Assembly: GCA_039589315.1 (NCBI GenBank)
Contig: JBDHHQ010000021.1
Location: forward strand, 32,001 to 96,000
Length of the DNA: 64,000 bases
From: Gemmatimonadota bacterium
GTDB taxonomy: Bacteria > Gemmatimonadota > Gemmatimonadetes > Longimicrobiales > Gaopeijiaceae
Direction of reading: 5' to 3'
A model generated the notes under the pieces. That model was given only the letters and a program-made list of their open reading frames with translations. It searched no databases and was not told the origin of the DNA. Made by a program: the position numbers and the translations under genes. Positions 35,715 through 45,895 of this stretch are shown one piece after another. Position 1 is the first letter of the stretch. The number at the start of each line of letters is the position of its first letter.

Positions 35715-36137
35715 ATGATGATGAAGAACACGATCGGGTTACTCGCGACCGGCATGGTGTTGACCGCGCTTCTCGTGGCTCCGTCCGGTGCGGCTGGCCA
35801 GCAGGCCACCGAGGGAGATGCCTTCGAGGAGGTGACCGCTCCGGCCAACAAGCCCGTGCGGCTCTACGTGCAGAACAACAACTGGCTGGACGTGAACGTC
35901 TACGCGGTACGCGGCGGGACCCGCTTTCGCCTCGGCGTGGTGCGCTCGGCTGCGGGCAGGTTCTTCGAGCTGCCGGACCATTTGACGAGCCACGGACTGA
36001 ATGTCCAGCTGCAGGCGAGCCCCATCGGCCAAAGGGGATCGGTTACGGAGGCCGTGCCGATCAGCCCGGGCGACATCGTCGAGTGGCGGATCCAGAACAA
36101 CCTCAACCTCTCCAGCCTGTCCGTCTGGTCGACCTGA
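35715..36137 (+). CDS. hypothetical secreted beta-sandwich protein
   Basis: RBS AAAGG, signal peptide (..SGAAG-Q), VQNNNWLDVNVYAV..G.R.RLG.V. Confidence 0.75.
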   Translation: MMMKNTIGLLATGMVLTALLVAPSGAAGQQATEGDAFEEVTAPANKPVRLYVQNNNWLDVNVYAVRGGTRFRLGVVRSAAGRFFELPDHLTSHGLNVQLQASPIGQRGSVTEAVPISPGDIVEWRIQNNLNLSSLSVWST

Positions 36138-36338
36138 GCGCACTCAGGTGGGTGCCGGCCGGCTGAGCCGGTTCGGCAGTAGCAAGGCGACCTCCCCGAC
36201 CCGGCGGGTTCGACCCGCCCGGCCAGGCGGCGTCCCCGGGGGCCATGAGGTCTCCGGGGACGAATCGTAGGGGCGAGACCCCCCGGTCTGCGCCCCGGTG
36301 TTGGCCGCTCCGGCGGACCGTGGCCCCGGGCGGGCGTG

Positions 36339-36830
36339 TCAGATCACCCCGATGAGCCCCAACAGCACCGACAACAGCCAGCCGGCCAGCACTACCATGC
36401 CCGCCACCGACCCACCCACGACAACGGCCATTCCCAACCAGAAACGGCGCGCCGCCACCCCCGCCCGGGCCGGGTCGGACAGGTAGCCTTCCAGCAGCCG
36501 CAGGTTGCGGGTATTGGCCTTCCAGACCGCGTCGAACACGTCGCCCGCTACGGGGATGACACCGAGCACGGTCTCGACCGCGACGTTCAGGAGCATCCGG
36601 GCAACCGTGCCTCGCGAGGCACCGAGTCGGGCCGACTCCCACACCAGATAGGCCGAGAGCACCGCGCCGATGGCGTCGCCGGCCCAGGGCACCAGGCCGA
36701 GGAGCGGGTCCAGACCGATGCGCTTCCCCGTTCCGGGGATCCGGATGGACGTGTCCAGCAGCCGGGTGAGCTTGCGTACGCGGGCGATGCGCCGCTGAAC
36801 GGCAACGCGCTCGGTCGGTTGCTGGGCCAT
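36339..36830 (-). CDS. DUF4112 family membrane protein
   Basis: LLD..IRIPGT..RIGLDPLLGLVP..GD and G.IPV.GD.FD..WKAN.RN motifs. Confidence 0.92.
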   Translation of the reverse strand: MAQQPTERVAVQRRIARVRKLTRLLDTSIRIPGTGKRIGLDPLLGLVPWAGDAIGAVLSAYLVWESARLGASRGTVARMLLNVAVETVLGVIPVAGDVFDAVWKANTRNLRLLEGYLSDPARAGVAARRFWLGMAVVVGGSVAGMVVLAGWLLSVLLGLIGVI

Positions 36831-37048
36831 GCGGCTCCCCGATGAGGTGGACAGGGACGGATGTAGTCGTGGAAGCGAGGGGGTGCAAACGCGACGGCAG
36901 CGACCACGGTGTCGGCGCGTCGCCACGGACGGGGGCAGAGCGGGGCACTGCTTCGACGCGTTGACAAACGTCGGCCCTCTGCCGACCGGCCTCGCCGCGG
37001 GCGACGCGGGGGTTTGACGCCCCGGGCACGTGAAATGACTTTGCGGCC

Positions 37049-37543
37049 ATGAGCTTCACAGCCTCAGTCCTCGCGGTCGCGGCCATGGCCGCCGCCCTTC
37101 TGGTCGTGCCCCTCGGCCTACCTGGCGTGTGGGTCATGGTCGCCATTCTGCTGGTGGCGACCCTCCTGGGCGCCATGCCCTGGGTGACCTGGGTCATCGT
37201 GGCAGTGGCGGCCGGGGCGGCCGAGGTCGGGGAGCTCTGGCTGTTGAAGACGCTCGGCAGTCGCTACGGGGGCTCGAGGAAGGCCTTCTGGGGCGCCATT
37301 CTGGGCGGCTTCATCGGGCTCTTCCTGGGCGTGCCGATCCCGTTGGCGGGCTCGATCGTCGCGGCCTTCCTGGGATCGTTCCTGGGCGCGGCCATCGTCA
37401 CCTTCCTGGAGACGAGATCGGCGGGGCACGCCACCCGGGTAGGTTGGGGCATCCTCCTGGCTCGGACCGCGTCCGTAGTGCTCAAGGTGGGTACGGGCGC
37501 GGTGGTGTTGGCGGTGGGGGCCTGGGAGCTCCTGCTCCGGTGA
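37049..37543 (+). CDS. DUF456 family membrane protein
   Basis: GLPG.W, YGGSRKA.WGA..GG..G and K...G near the C-terminus. Confidence 0.88.
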   Translation: MSFTASVLAVAAMAAALLVVPLGLPGVWVMVAILLVATLLGAMPWVTWVIVAVAAGAAEVGELWLLKTLGSRYGGSRKAFWGAILGGFIGLFLGVPIPLAGSIVAAFLGSFLGAAIVTFLETRSAGHATRVGWGILLARTASVVLKVGTGAVVLAVGAWELLLR

Positions 37544-38592
37544 GCCTCTCACGCCGGGCCTGCGCGGTCGCGCTGGCGCTGATCACTCTGGCGTGGGGAG
37601 CGAGCGCGGGCGCGGCGCAGCGGACCGACGTGCTGACGATCGTCAACGGAGACGAGATCACAGGGGAGATCAAGAGGCTGGCTCGCGGAAAGCTGTCCTA
37701 CAAGACCGACGACATGGGGACCCTGTCCGTGAAGTGGGACAAGGTGCTTCGGCTCCGCACGACCCATATCCAGGAGGTCGTGCTGGCGAGCGGGCGTCGC
37801 ATGTTCGGCTCGCTGCGGGACGCGGAAGACGAAGGTCAGATCGTGATTGTCGGAGACACCGTCGACGTCCTGCAGATCGTAGAGATCACACCTATCGAGG
37901 CTACCTTCTTCCAGCGAACGAGCGGATATGTGGACATCGGCTTGACCTACGCCAAGGCCAACGCCGCCACGACCTTCACGACCGGCTGGGAGGCCAACTA
38001 CCGGGGCGAGATCTGGGGCACCGGCTTATCCGGTAGCAACTACTTCCAGGAGCAGGCCAGCGCCGAGCCCACCAGGCGGAACAACGTGGGTGGGTTCGGT
38101 GAGCGGTTCATCAACGGAAGATGGGCCGGAGTGGTCTCCATCAATCTGCAGCAAAACGACGAGCTGAACCTGGCCCTCCGGGCCAGCTACGGCGCGGGCG
38201 CCAGGGCACGTCCTCTGATCACCAACCACATGGAGATCGTGGTCGAGGCGGGCGTGCTCCTGAACCAGGAGCGCTTCAGCCAAACCGACACCACATCTAC
38301 ATCCCAGGACGACACAGCGACCAGCCTCGAGGTCACGGGCGCGTTCGACTGGGACTACTTTCGCTACGACAGCCCCAAGTTCGATTTCGACGTGGACTTC
38401 GCCCCCTTTTTCAGCGTGACCAAGCTGGGGCGCGTGCGCTTCCAGCTGGACGTGCGGACCACCTACGAGGTGTTCAGCGACTTCAACATGGGCCTGACCT
38501 TCCGGGACTCGTTCGACAGCGACCCTCCGTCCGCGGGAGCCAGCAACAACGACTTCACGGTGACGTTCACCGTGGGGTGGTCGTGGAGCTAG
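37540..38592 (+). CDS. DUF481-like outer-membrane beta-barrel protein
   Basis: GTGA overlap; signal peptide, NGD.ITGEIK N-terminal domain, amphipathic strands, terminal GWSWS. Confidence 0.8.
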   Translation: MSLSRRACAVALALITLAWGASAGAAQRTDVLTIVNGDEITGEIKRLARGKLSYKTDDMGTLSVKWDKVLRLRTTHIQEVVLASGRRMFGSLRDAEDEGQIVIVGDTVDVLQIVEITPIEATFFQRTSGYVDIGLTYAKANAATTFTTGWEANYRGEIWGTGLSGSNYFQEQASAEPTRRNNVGGFGERFINGRWAGVVSINLQQNDELNLALRASYGAGARARPLITNHMEIVVEAGVLLNQERFSQTDTTSTSQDDTATSLEVTGAFDWDYFRYDSPKFDFDVDFAPFFSVTKLGRVRFQLDVRTTYEVFSDFNMGLTFRDSFDSDPPSAGASNNDFTVTFTVGWSWS

Positions 38593-38788
38593 GGGGGCTC
38601 ACCAGCCTCTCGGCCTTCCGAGCGCCGATGCGCGCCGCTCAGCTTCGCCGCTCCTCCTCGAGAATGCGCTGCTCTGCCTGGTCGTTCGTTGTGGCGTGCG
38701 AGAGGCGCCCCCGACCTCCCGGTGGCTCGGAGCTCGTGAAACACCGCTCTATCAGGACTGGTGCCCTCGGGGCGCCTGAAATGAAGAT

Positions 38789-38818
38789 CGCCCCCGAAGC
38801 CCGAAGGCTCCGGGGGCG
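38789..38818 (-). terminator. GC-rich hairpin, probable intrinsic terminator
   Basis: CGCCCCCG-AAGCC-CGAA-GGCTC-CGGGGGCG between convergent genes; followed by T-rich ATCTTCATTTC on the minus strand. Confidence 0.6.
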
Positions 38819-38895
38819 CATAGTGGGACCCGGCGTCCGAACGTCCTCGCCAGCCCTACCTCACATCCACACCACCCATCCGGCTCAGGCGTCCG

Positions 38896-39459
38896 TCAAA
38901 GCCCGGGCCCAAAGTCGTCTACGTCGTCGGCGAAATCAGCGGCCACAGTGACCGTGCCGGACTGCTGGTCGATCCGGGCCAACACGATGCCGCGAACGGC
39001 GTCGGACAGCACCGGCGTCTCGACGACCGCTTCCGCGCGTTGCACGTACCCCAACGCGTCGGATTCCTTGCCCCTCTTGGTGGCGACCCAGGCGGCATCG
39101 ACCAACAGACTGCCAGCCGTGAGGAAGTCTCCTCCCTCCATGGCCCGCTCACTCGCCGACTCGAGGGACCTTTGCGAGCCTCTCAGATCGCCGGTGTAGT
39201 ACGCGAGCTTTCCGGCCCAGTGCAGATCCACCACCGCTTCGGCATCACCCACCGGCCGGAGAGACGCCGCCTGCAGGTACAACCAGGCGGCGTGCTCCCA
39301 CCGGTCGCGCTGGTCGGCCAGGCTCTTGGCCTCGGCCTCCATCTTCTCCGCCCGGTGGATGCCCCAATCAGGGTCCTGCGCTCGAGCCTCGGGCGTTACC
39401 ACTGCCGAGGCGACCACCGCACCCACCACAGCCCAACCCCACACCGCTCGCAGCTTCAT
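38896..39459 (-). CDS. hypothetical secreted helical (TPR-like) protein
   Basis: RBS GGAGG, signal peptide ending ARA-Q, Ala-rich helical repeats. Confidence 0.75.
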   Translation of the reverse strand: MKLRAVWGWAVVGAVVASAVVTPEARAQDPDWGIHRAEKMEAEAKSLADQRDRWEHAAWLYLQAASLRPVGDAEAVVDLHWAGKLAYYTGDLRGSQRSLESASERAMEGGDFLTAGSLLVDAAWVATKRGKESDALGYVQRAEAVVETPVLSDAVRGIVLARIDQQSGTVTVAADFADDVDDFGPGL

Positions 39460-39590
39460 CACAACCTCCACCCTCATCATCGTCGTCGTCATCATCACCC
39501 CATCGCCGTCCACCGGCGGATCGGACCGACCCCGTCGGTCCTGTCCCGCGGGCGACCACCCTGGCGGCCCGCCGGACACGCTTGATGTTC

Positions 39591-39650
39591 TGGAAGTTCT
39601 GTGCCAGGTGTCCGAAACGTGTCTAACATGCTACACGTCAATGAGTTGGC
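39591..39650 (-). promoter_or_regulatory. putative sigma-54 promoter with IHF-like site
   Basis: Minus strand TGGCAC-AGAAC-TTCCA (one mismatch to TGGCAC-N5-TTGCA); CGTCAATGAGTTG at about 39636-39648 resembles WATCAA-N4-TTR. Confidence 0.5.
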
Positions 39651-39844
39651 GGGTAACGCTCCGATCTCGTCTCCCCTGCGGGAGCGTCCGTATCCGGGAT
39701 TCCCACTTTCGGAAACGGGACAATGGGGTGTCCGGATTGCGGAGATCGGGGCCCTCGGCGAGCTTCGGGCCGAGGTGGAGCGGATCGGACGAGCGGCGGC
39801 TCTCCCCCATGGAGAGAAGCCAGCGTGAAGTGGAAGGAGACACC

Positions 39845-40669
39845 ATGGCGCAGAGGTCAGGAGCGGGTGGGCTCGCCATCCTCGGCGGTGGCAACCTGGG
39901 TCGGGCCCTGGCCACGGGGTGGGCGGCTGCGGGCATGTTCGAGCCCCACCACATCCACGTGACCCGTCGCCGCTCCGGTGGGCTGCCGGAGCTCGAGGCT
40001 CGGGGTGTTCGGGTCAGCAGCGACAACCGCGGCGCGGTTGCCGGGTCGGATCTGGTGGTGATCGCCGTGCAGCCTCAGCAGGTGGTGGAGGTCCTGGACG
40101 AGATCCGGGACGTTCTCGATCCCCGGCGTCACACGCTCGTCTCCGTGGTGTCGGGTGTCACGGTCGCGGCCCTGCAGGCTCACGCCGGCGCGTCGGTGCC
40201 CATCGTGCGAGCCATGCCCAACACGGCGGTCGGCATCGGAGAGTCCATGACCTGTCTCGCCGCGGCCCCCGGGGCGGAGGAGGCTCTGACCCGAGCGACC
40301 GAGCTCTTCGACGCCGTGGGCAGCACGCTCCACATCGAGGACGAGATGATGGTGCCGGCGACGGCTCTTTGTGCCTGCGGGGTCGCGTTCTTCCTGCGGT
40401 CCATCCGGGCGGCGTCCCAAGGCGGCATCGAGATCGGCTTCCACCCCGGAGAGGCCCTGCTCCTGGCGGCCCAGACGGCGAGGGGGGCTGCGGCGCTGTT
40501 GCTCGACGAGGGCCGGCACCCGGAGTCGGAGATCGACCGGGTCACGACACCACGCGGTTGCACGATCGCGGGTCTGAACGAGATGGAGCACCAGGGGTTC
40601 AGCTCGGCAATGATCCGGGGCATCGTGCTGTCGGCGAAGCAGGCCGCCGGGCTCTTCGACGAGGGGTAG
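39845..40669 (+). CDS. proC: pyrroline-5-carboxylate reductase
   Basis: ILGGGNLG, AVQP, RAMPNT and VTTPRGCTIAGL motifs. Confidence 0.95.
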   Translation: MAQRSGAGGLAILGGGNLGRALATGWAAAGMFEPHHIHVTRRRSGGLPELEARGVRVSSDNRGAVAGSDLVVIAVQPQQVVEVLDEIRDVLDPRRHTLVSVVSGVTVAALQAHAGASVPIVRAMPNTAVGIGESMTCLAAAPGAEEALTRATELFDAVGSTLHIEDEMMVPATALCACGVAFFLRSIRAASQGGIEIGFHPGEALLLAAQTARGAAALLLDEGRHPESEIDRVTTPRGCTIAGLNEMEHQGFSSAMIRGIVLSAKQAAGLFDEG

Positions 40670-40683
40670 GGGAGAGCCCACCC

Positions 40684-41565
40684 ATGGACGTCCATCTCGT
40701 CGACGGCACCTACGAGCTGTTCCGCCACTTCTACGGAATCCCTTCGGACTCCCGCTACGCCGGGGACAACGAGCTCCAGGCAGTGCGCAACGTCCTGGCC
40801 TCCATGCTCCAGCTCCTCGAGGAAGGCGCGACCCACCTGGGCGTGGCGACCGACCACGTAATCGAGTCGTTTCGGAACGACCTGTGGCCCGGATACAAGA
40901 CCGGCGCGGGCATCGATCCCGCTCTGCTCGCTCAGTTCCACCCGCTGGAGTCGGCGCTTGCCGCCATGGGGGTGAAGGTGTGGCCGATGGTCGAGCTGGA
41001 GGCGGACGATGCGCTCGCTGCAGCGGCCGCCCGCGCCGCCCGGGACCCGCGGGTGCAAACGGTCTACATTTGCACGCCGGACAAGGACCTGGGACAGAGC
41101 GTCATGGGGCAGAAGGTCGTACAGATGGATCGGCGTCGGGGCGAGGTCCGGGACGAGGCCGGCGTGAAGGCGAAGTTCGGCGTGGGCCCGGCGTCCATCC
41201 CCGACTACCTGGCCCTCGTGGGTGATGCGGCGGACGGTTTCCCTGGACTCCGGGGATGGGGCGCCAAGTCCGCGGCGACAGTGCTGGCGCGGTACGACCA
41301 CATCGAGCAGGTGCCCGATCATGCGCACGAATGGGACGTATCCGTTCGGGGTGCGACCGGTCTGGCCACTACGCTGGCGCAGAACCGACCGCTGGCGCTG
41401 CTGTTCCGCCGGATCGCCACGCTGCGCCTGGATGTCGCCGTCTTCGCGGACGTCGATGAGCTGCGGTGGACGGGCCCGGGGCCGGAATTCGAGGAGCTGG
41501 CCCGCAGCTTGCGGGCCCCGGGGCTGTGCGATCGCGCCACCAGAGTCGCCAGGAGTCGCCGTTGA
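40684..41565 (+). CDS. stand-alone 5'-3' exonuclease / flap endonuclease
   Basis: LVDG, FRN.L..GYK, EADD, DKD and LVGD.ADG.PG..G.G.KSA (H3TH) motifs. Confidence 0.93.
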   Translation: MDVHLVDGTYELFRHFYGIPSDSRYAGDNELQAVRNVLASMLQLLEEGATHLGVATDHVIESFRNDLWPGYKTGAGIDPALLAQFHPLESALAAMGVKVWPMVELEADDALAAAAARAARDPRVQTVYICTPDKDLGQSVMGQKVVQMDRRRGEVRDEAGVKAKFGVGPASIPDYLALVGDAADGFPGLRGWGAKSAATVLARYDHIEQVPDHAHEWDVSVRGATGLATTLAQNRPLALLFRRIATLRLDVAVFADVDELRWTGPGPEFEELARSLRAPGLCDRATRVARSRR

Positions 41566-41661
41566 CTTCGCGATGGCAGGCACCGGCAGGCTCCGCTTGC
41601 CACCACGCCACTGCCGGCGCCACCGTGTAGATCCGGATAAGGTACCAACGGAGGTAACCTG

Positions 41662-42396
41662 ATGAAGGGCAGTGAGCAGCCCACGCCGTTCCTCGCGGCC
41701 ATGGGCGCCGTGCTGACGCTGGGCATCCTCGCCCCCGACCTCGTCGAGGGCCAGTTGACTTGTGCCGAGGCGGGATACCTGTGCGCGGCGCCGGCCGATC
41801 GGCCGGCCGTCCGCTGGCCCGACGGGCGCCGCGTTCTCCGGATTCTGGTGCCGCCCCCCCCGCACGAGCCCTCGTCTCGCGCCCTCCGGTACCAGCGGTC
41901 CGCCACCCGCGGAATCATGGCGTGGAACCGGCTGCCCTTGGAGCTCCTGGTCTTCGAGCAGGCCAGCAACCTGAAGATGGACATCGTGGTGGAGTGGGTC
42001 GAGCAGCTGCCGGAGACCCGCATTGGAGAGACGCAGGTGACGTGGAGCGAGGGGGGCGACGAGTACGTCTTCGACGTCGTGCGCTTCGTACTGGCAACGC
42101 GTCCGCCCGAATCCTTCTACGAGGAGGAAGAAGGTGCCGTGCCCGAGTCGGGCGCCGACACCGAAGCAGCCGATTCGGCGCCAGACGAAGCGGCCGTGGT
42201 CCCCGATCAGCTGGCCCTGGCGGTGGTGGAGCTGACGGCGGCGCACGAGATGGGGCACGCCCTCGGCCTTCCGCACAGCGACAGCACCGACGACGTCATG
42301 TATCCGGAGAACATGGGCGCGAGCCTCTCCCGGCGAGACATCCAGACCGTGCGCGCCTTATACGCGTTGCCCCCGGGGATCAAGCCTGCCCGCTAG
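41662..42396 (+). CDS. matrixin (M10) family zinc metalloprotease
   Basis: HEMGHALGLPHS zinc motif and Met-turn DVMYP. Confidence 0.88.
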   Translation: MKGSEQPTPFLAAMGAVLTLGILAPDLVEGQLTCAEAGYLCAAPADRPAVRWPDGRRVLRILVPPPPHEPSSRALRYQRSATRGIMAWNRLPLELLVFEQASNLKMDIVVEWVEQLPETRIGETQVTWSEGGDEYVFDVVRFVLATRPPESFYEEEEGAVPESGADTEAADSAPDEAAVVPDQLALAVVELTAAHEMGHALGLPHSDSTDDVMYPENMGASLSRRDIQTVRALYALPPGIKPAR

Positions 42397-42568
42397 TGTG
42401 GTGCTGCACCACACCAGGACAGCGCCGCCGCACCCCCGCGCTCGTGGGGGCCAGGCGTTGGCGGAGGCCCCGTCGCCCGGGTAGAATCGAGCCCTGACCG
42501 CCGGGAGCCTGGCTCAGGCCGCTCCGGTCCGAGACTACCTGTTCAACCGCCCAACGGAGGCGCCTCCC

Positions 42569-43207
42569 ATGGCCAAGCTCCTGACCGAGTGCATCGGTAC
42601 GTTCTTCCTCGTCCTGACGATCGGCCTGACGGTCGTGGACGGGACGCCGCTGGCTCCCCTGGCTATCGGGTCCGCCCTCATGGTGATGGTCTACATGGGC
42701 GGCCACATCTCCGGGGCCCATTACAATCCGGCGGCGAGCCTAGCCATCCTCATGCGCGGGAAGATGGAGTCCAAGGAGTTGATACCGTACTGGGCCGCCC
42801 AGATCACCGGTGCCATTCTGGCGTCCCTGGTGGTCTACGCGTCCGTCGGGTCCACCTTCGCGCCGGCGCCCGCCTCGGACGCGTCGGCGATGGCCGCGTT
42901 GCTGCTGGAGTTCCTCTTCACATTCGCCCTTTGCCTGGTGATCCTGAACGCGGCCACCGCTCGAGCGACAGAAGGCAACTCGTTCTACGGACTGGCCATC
43001 GGTTTCACCGTCCTCACGGGAGCTTTCGCCGCCGGGCCGGTGTCCGGCGGCGCGTTCAATCCTGCCGTGGGGATCGGTCCGATTCTGATCGACGCGGTGA
43101 TGGGGGACGGTTCCTTCGGAGCGCTCTGGCTCTACCTCGTGGGCCCGCTCGCCGGCGGGGCGGCGGCCGCGGCCGTGTTCAAGATGCAGAATCCCGAGGA
43201 CGTCTGA
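42569..43207 (+). CDS. MIP/aquaporin family channel
   Basis: SGAHYNPA and GGAFNPAV motifs; 6 TMs. Confidence 0.95.
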   Translation: MAKLLTECIGTFFLVLTIGLTVVDGTPLAPLAIGSALMVMVYMGGHISGAHYNPAASLAILMRGKMESKELIPYWAAQITGAILASLVVYASVGSTFAPAPASDASAMAALLLEFLFTFALCLVILNAATARATEGNSFYGLAIGFTVLTGAFAAGPVSGGAFNPAVGIGPILIDAVMGDGSFGALWLYLVGPLAGGAAAAAVFKMQNPEDV

Positions 43208-43270
43208 GACCGGAAGCGGGGCGGCCGCCGCACCTCGGGCCGTCCCGCCTCCGCCCCACCCGTCGTGCCC

Positions 43271-45454
43271 GTGACCGAGCCACACGCCGCCCGGGGCCCC
43301 AGCCGGAGAGTCAGACCCTGGCGCAGGCGCTGGCGTCGGTGGGCGCGCACCCTCACGGTCCGCCTCTTTCGCCTTCGCCAGCGACTGCGCAAGTGGCTGG
43401 ATCGGCTCCTCACCAACGTACGCCGTGGCGAGCACGCTTTCGTCGTGGTCAGCGCCGCGATCATCGGCGTGCTGGTCGGATACGGGGCCATCGGGTTTCG
43501 CTATCTCATCCGGATCATCCAGGACTTCTTCTACGGCGTGCCAGAGTTCACGTTGGAGGGTCTGGCGGCCATCCCCTGGTGGCTTCGCCTGCTGGCGCCG
43601 GCCCTGGGCGGGCTCGCGGTCGGTGGTCTCGTCACACGGGCTGCGCCGGAGACCAAGGGCTCGGGGATCCCCGAGGTCATGGAGGCCGTCGCCCGGTTGG
43701 CAGGAGCGATCCGCTTCCGGGTGTTATGGGCAAAGACGCTGGCCGCGGCCATCACCATCGGCACGGGTGGGTCGGCAGGCCGTGAGGGACCGATCGTCCA
43801 CATCGGCTCCGCCGTGGGATCGCAGTTGGGTCAGTTCCTCGGCGTCTCGGCGCGTCGCCTCCGCACGTTCGTCGCCGCGGGCGCGGCGGGGGCGATCGCA
43901 GCCACCTTCAACGCGCCCATCGCCGGGACCCTCTTCTCGGTCGAGGTAGTGCTGGGCGACTACGCCTTCGCGTCCCTCGCCCCCATCGTCATCTCGGCGG
44001 TCGTGGCTACGGTGGTCTCGAGGCACTACCTGGGCGACTCGCCGGCCTTCGAGATCCCCATCTACGACCTGGTGAGCTCCCGGGAGCTGCTTCTTTATGC
44101 CGGACTCGGCCTCGCTGCCGGTCTGGCCGCCGTGGCCTTCGTCCGCCTCCTGTATCGCACCCACGGGGCGTTCGAGGCATCGTCGATTCCGGAATGGCTC
44201 CGGCCGGCCGTCGGCGGCCTCGGCGTGGGTGTCATCGCCCTCGCCTTCCCTCAGGTGCTGGGCGTCGGCTACCCGACCGTCACCGCAGCGCTGTGGGGCC
44301 AAGCCGCTCTGGTGATCAGCTTGATCGTCATCGCCAAGATGGCCGCCACGTCCCTCACCCTCGGGAGCGGGGGATCGGGGGGTGTCTTCGCACCCGCTCT
44401 GGTCATGGGAGCGTCACTGGGCGGCGCGTGGGGCCAGGTGGCGCATGCGGCCTTCCCCGACTGGACCGGTGGCCCCGGCGCCTATGCGCTGGTGGGCATG
44501 GGCGCGATGGTCGCGGGCGTGAGCCATGCGCCCATCTCCGCCATCCTCATCATCTTCGAGCTGACCAACGACTACCGCATCATTCCACCGCTCATGGTGG
44601 CGTGCGTCCTGGCCGTGCTGTTGAGCTCGCGACTCTATCGGCCGTCCGTCTACACCGCGAAGCTGCACCGCCGTGGGGTGCGCCTCCGCGAGGGTCGAGA
44701 CGTCAATCTGCTGCGGGCCATCGCGGTGTCCGAGGTCATGGAGCCGGATCCGGAGACTGTACCGGCTGACCTGCCGTTCAAGGACCTGGTCCCTCGGCTC
44801 CTGGCCGACCCGGGGCTCGAATTGCAGGTGGTCGACGACGACCACTGCCTGCTGGGCACGGTCTCGCTCCGGGACGTCCGCGAGCTCCTCCTCGAGCTGG
44901 ACACTCTCGGCAGCCTGATCGTGGTGGAGGACGTGGCACAGCCGGACGCGCCCTTCGTGCTGCCCAGCGACAACCTGGATCTGGCCATGCACCTGTTCGG
45001 CCGGACCCACCGCGACGAGATCACCGTCTGCGCGGATTCAGAGACGAAACGGGTCGTCGGTGTCGTCAGCCGCGACGCGCTGATCGACTCCTACAATCGC
45101 CGCCTCTTCCACGTCGATCTCACGGGCGGCTTCGGCTCGATCGTCGACTCGGTTCGTGGCGGACGGTCACTCGAGGTCGTGGGCGGGGTCCATCTGGCCG
45201 AGCTGGATGTGCCGTTTTCCCTGGTGGGTCGAACGCTCCGCGAGTCCGACGTGCGTCGGCGGTGGGGCGTGGAGATCCTGTTGATCCACACCGCCGGTCC
45301 TCCGGGCGAGGAGCTCGAAGGTCGTCCCGGGAGGCTTCCCGCACCCGACGTTCGGCTCCACCCCGGCGATAGGCTGCTGGTCATGGGGACCCAGGAGGCC
45401 ATTGGCAGGCTCACCCGCGGGCAGGATCGCCAAGGCAGCCAGCCGGAGGGTTGA
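43271..45454 (+). CDS. ClC chloride/proton antiporter with CBS pair and C-terminal RCK_C (TrkA-C) domain
   Basis: GSGIPE, GREGP, FSVE, GGVFAP and SVYT motifs; CBS repeats; GRTLRES..R...GV.I...P.....PGDRL.V.G; start uncertain. Confidence 0.92.
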   Translation: MTEPHAARGPSRRVRPWRRRWRRWARTLTVRLFRLRQRLRKWLDRLLTNVRRGEHAFVVVSAAIIGVLVGYGAIGFRYLIRIIQDFFYGVPEFTLEGLAAIPWWLRLLAPALGGLAVGGLVTRAAPETKGSGIPEVMEAVARLAGAIRFRVLWAKTLAAAITIGTGGSAGREGPIVHIGSAVGSQLGQFLGVSARRLRTFVAAGAAGAIAATFNAPIAGTLFSVEVVLGDYAFASLAPIVISAVVATVVSRHYLGDSPAFEIPIYDLVSSRELLLYAGLGLAAGLAAVAFVRLLYRTHGAFEASSIPEWLRPAVGGLGVGVIALAFPQVLGVGYPTVTAALWGQAALVISLIVIAKMAATSLTLGSGGSGGVFAPALVMGASLGGAWGQVAHAAFPDWTGGPGAYALVGMGAMVAGVSHAPISAILIIFELTNDYRIIPPLMVACVLAVLLSSRLYRPSVYTAKLHRRGVRLREGRDVNLLRAIAVSEVMEPDPETVPADLPFKDLVPRLLADPGLELQVVDDDHCLLGTVSLRDVRELLLELDTLGSLIVVEDVAQPDAPFVLPSDNLDLAMHLFGRTHRDEITVCADSETKRVVGVVSRDALIDSYNRRLFHVDLTGGFGSIVDSVRGGRSLEVVGGVHLAELDVPFSLVGRTLRESDVRRRWGVEILLIHTAGPPGEELEGRPGRLPAPDVRLHPGDRLLVMGTQEAIGRLTRGQDRQGSQPEG

Positions 45455-45622
45455 GCGCATCTCCGGGTGAGGGACTCACGCCGGCTGCGCCGCGGGGGGA
45501 TCCTCCGGAGGATCGCGACGGTCGTCTCCTGGACGCGGCGCGCGACGCCCCTCGCCCCTTGCGCCGCGGGTCCGTGCCAGGGATGCTTCGGAGTGGGATG
45601 GACATTGCAAACGGAGAACGGA

Positions 45623-45877
45623 ATGGACGAGCGCGTACAGGACGCAATGGAGAAGCTGAAGCAGCAGCGGGACGAGCTTCGCCTGAAGATGCACCTGGCC
45701 AAAGCCGAGGCGCGGGACGAGTGGGAAGAGTTGGAAGAGAAGTGGGAAACGCTGCGGAGCCGTCTGAAGGCCGCGGGAGACGAGGCGAACGACGTGTCCG
45801 GCGACATCGGTGAGGCCTTCAGAATGCTGACGTCCGAGCTCAAGAAGGGATACGAGCGGATCCGCGAGCAGCTCTGA
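45623..45877 (+). CDS. small coiled-coil hypothetical protein
   Basis: RBS GGAGA; LKQQRDELRLKMHLAKAEARDEWEELE.KW. Confidence 0.8.
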   Translation: MDERVQDAMEKLKQQRDELRLKMHLAKAEARDEWEELEEKWETLRSRLKAAGDEANDVSGDIGEAFRMLTSELKKGYERIREQL

Positions 45878-45895
45878 GCCCGGTCAAGACAGCCT

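Noticed and set aside
39474..39497. (CAT/CGT)n trinucleotide run
   Set aside because: Short, imperfect and upstream of the RBS; no evidence for phase variation.
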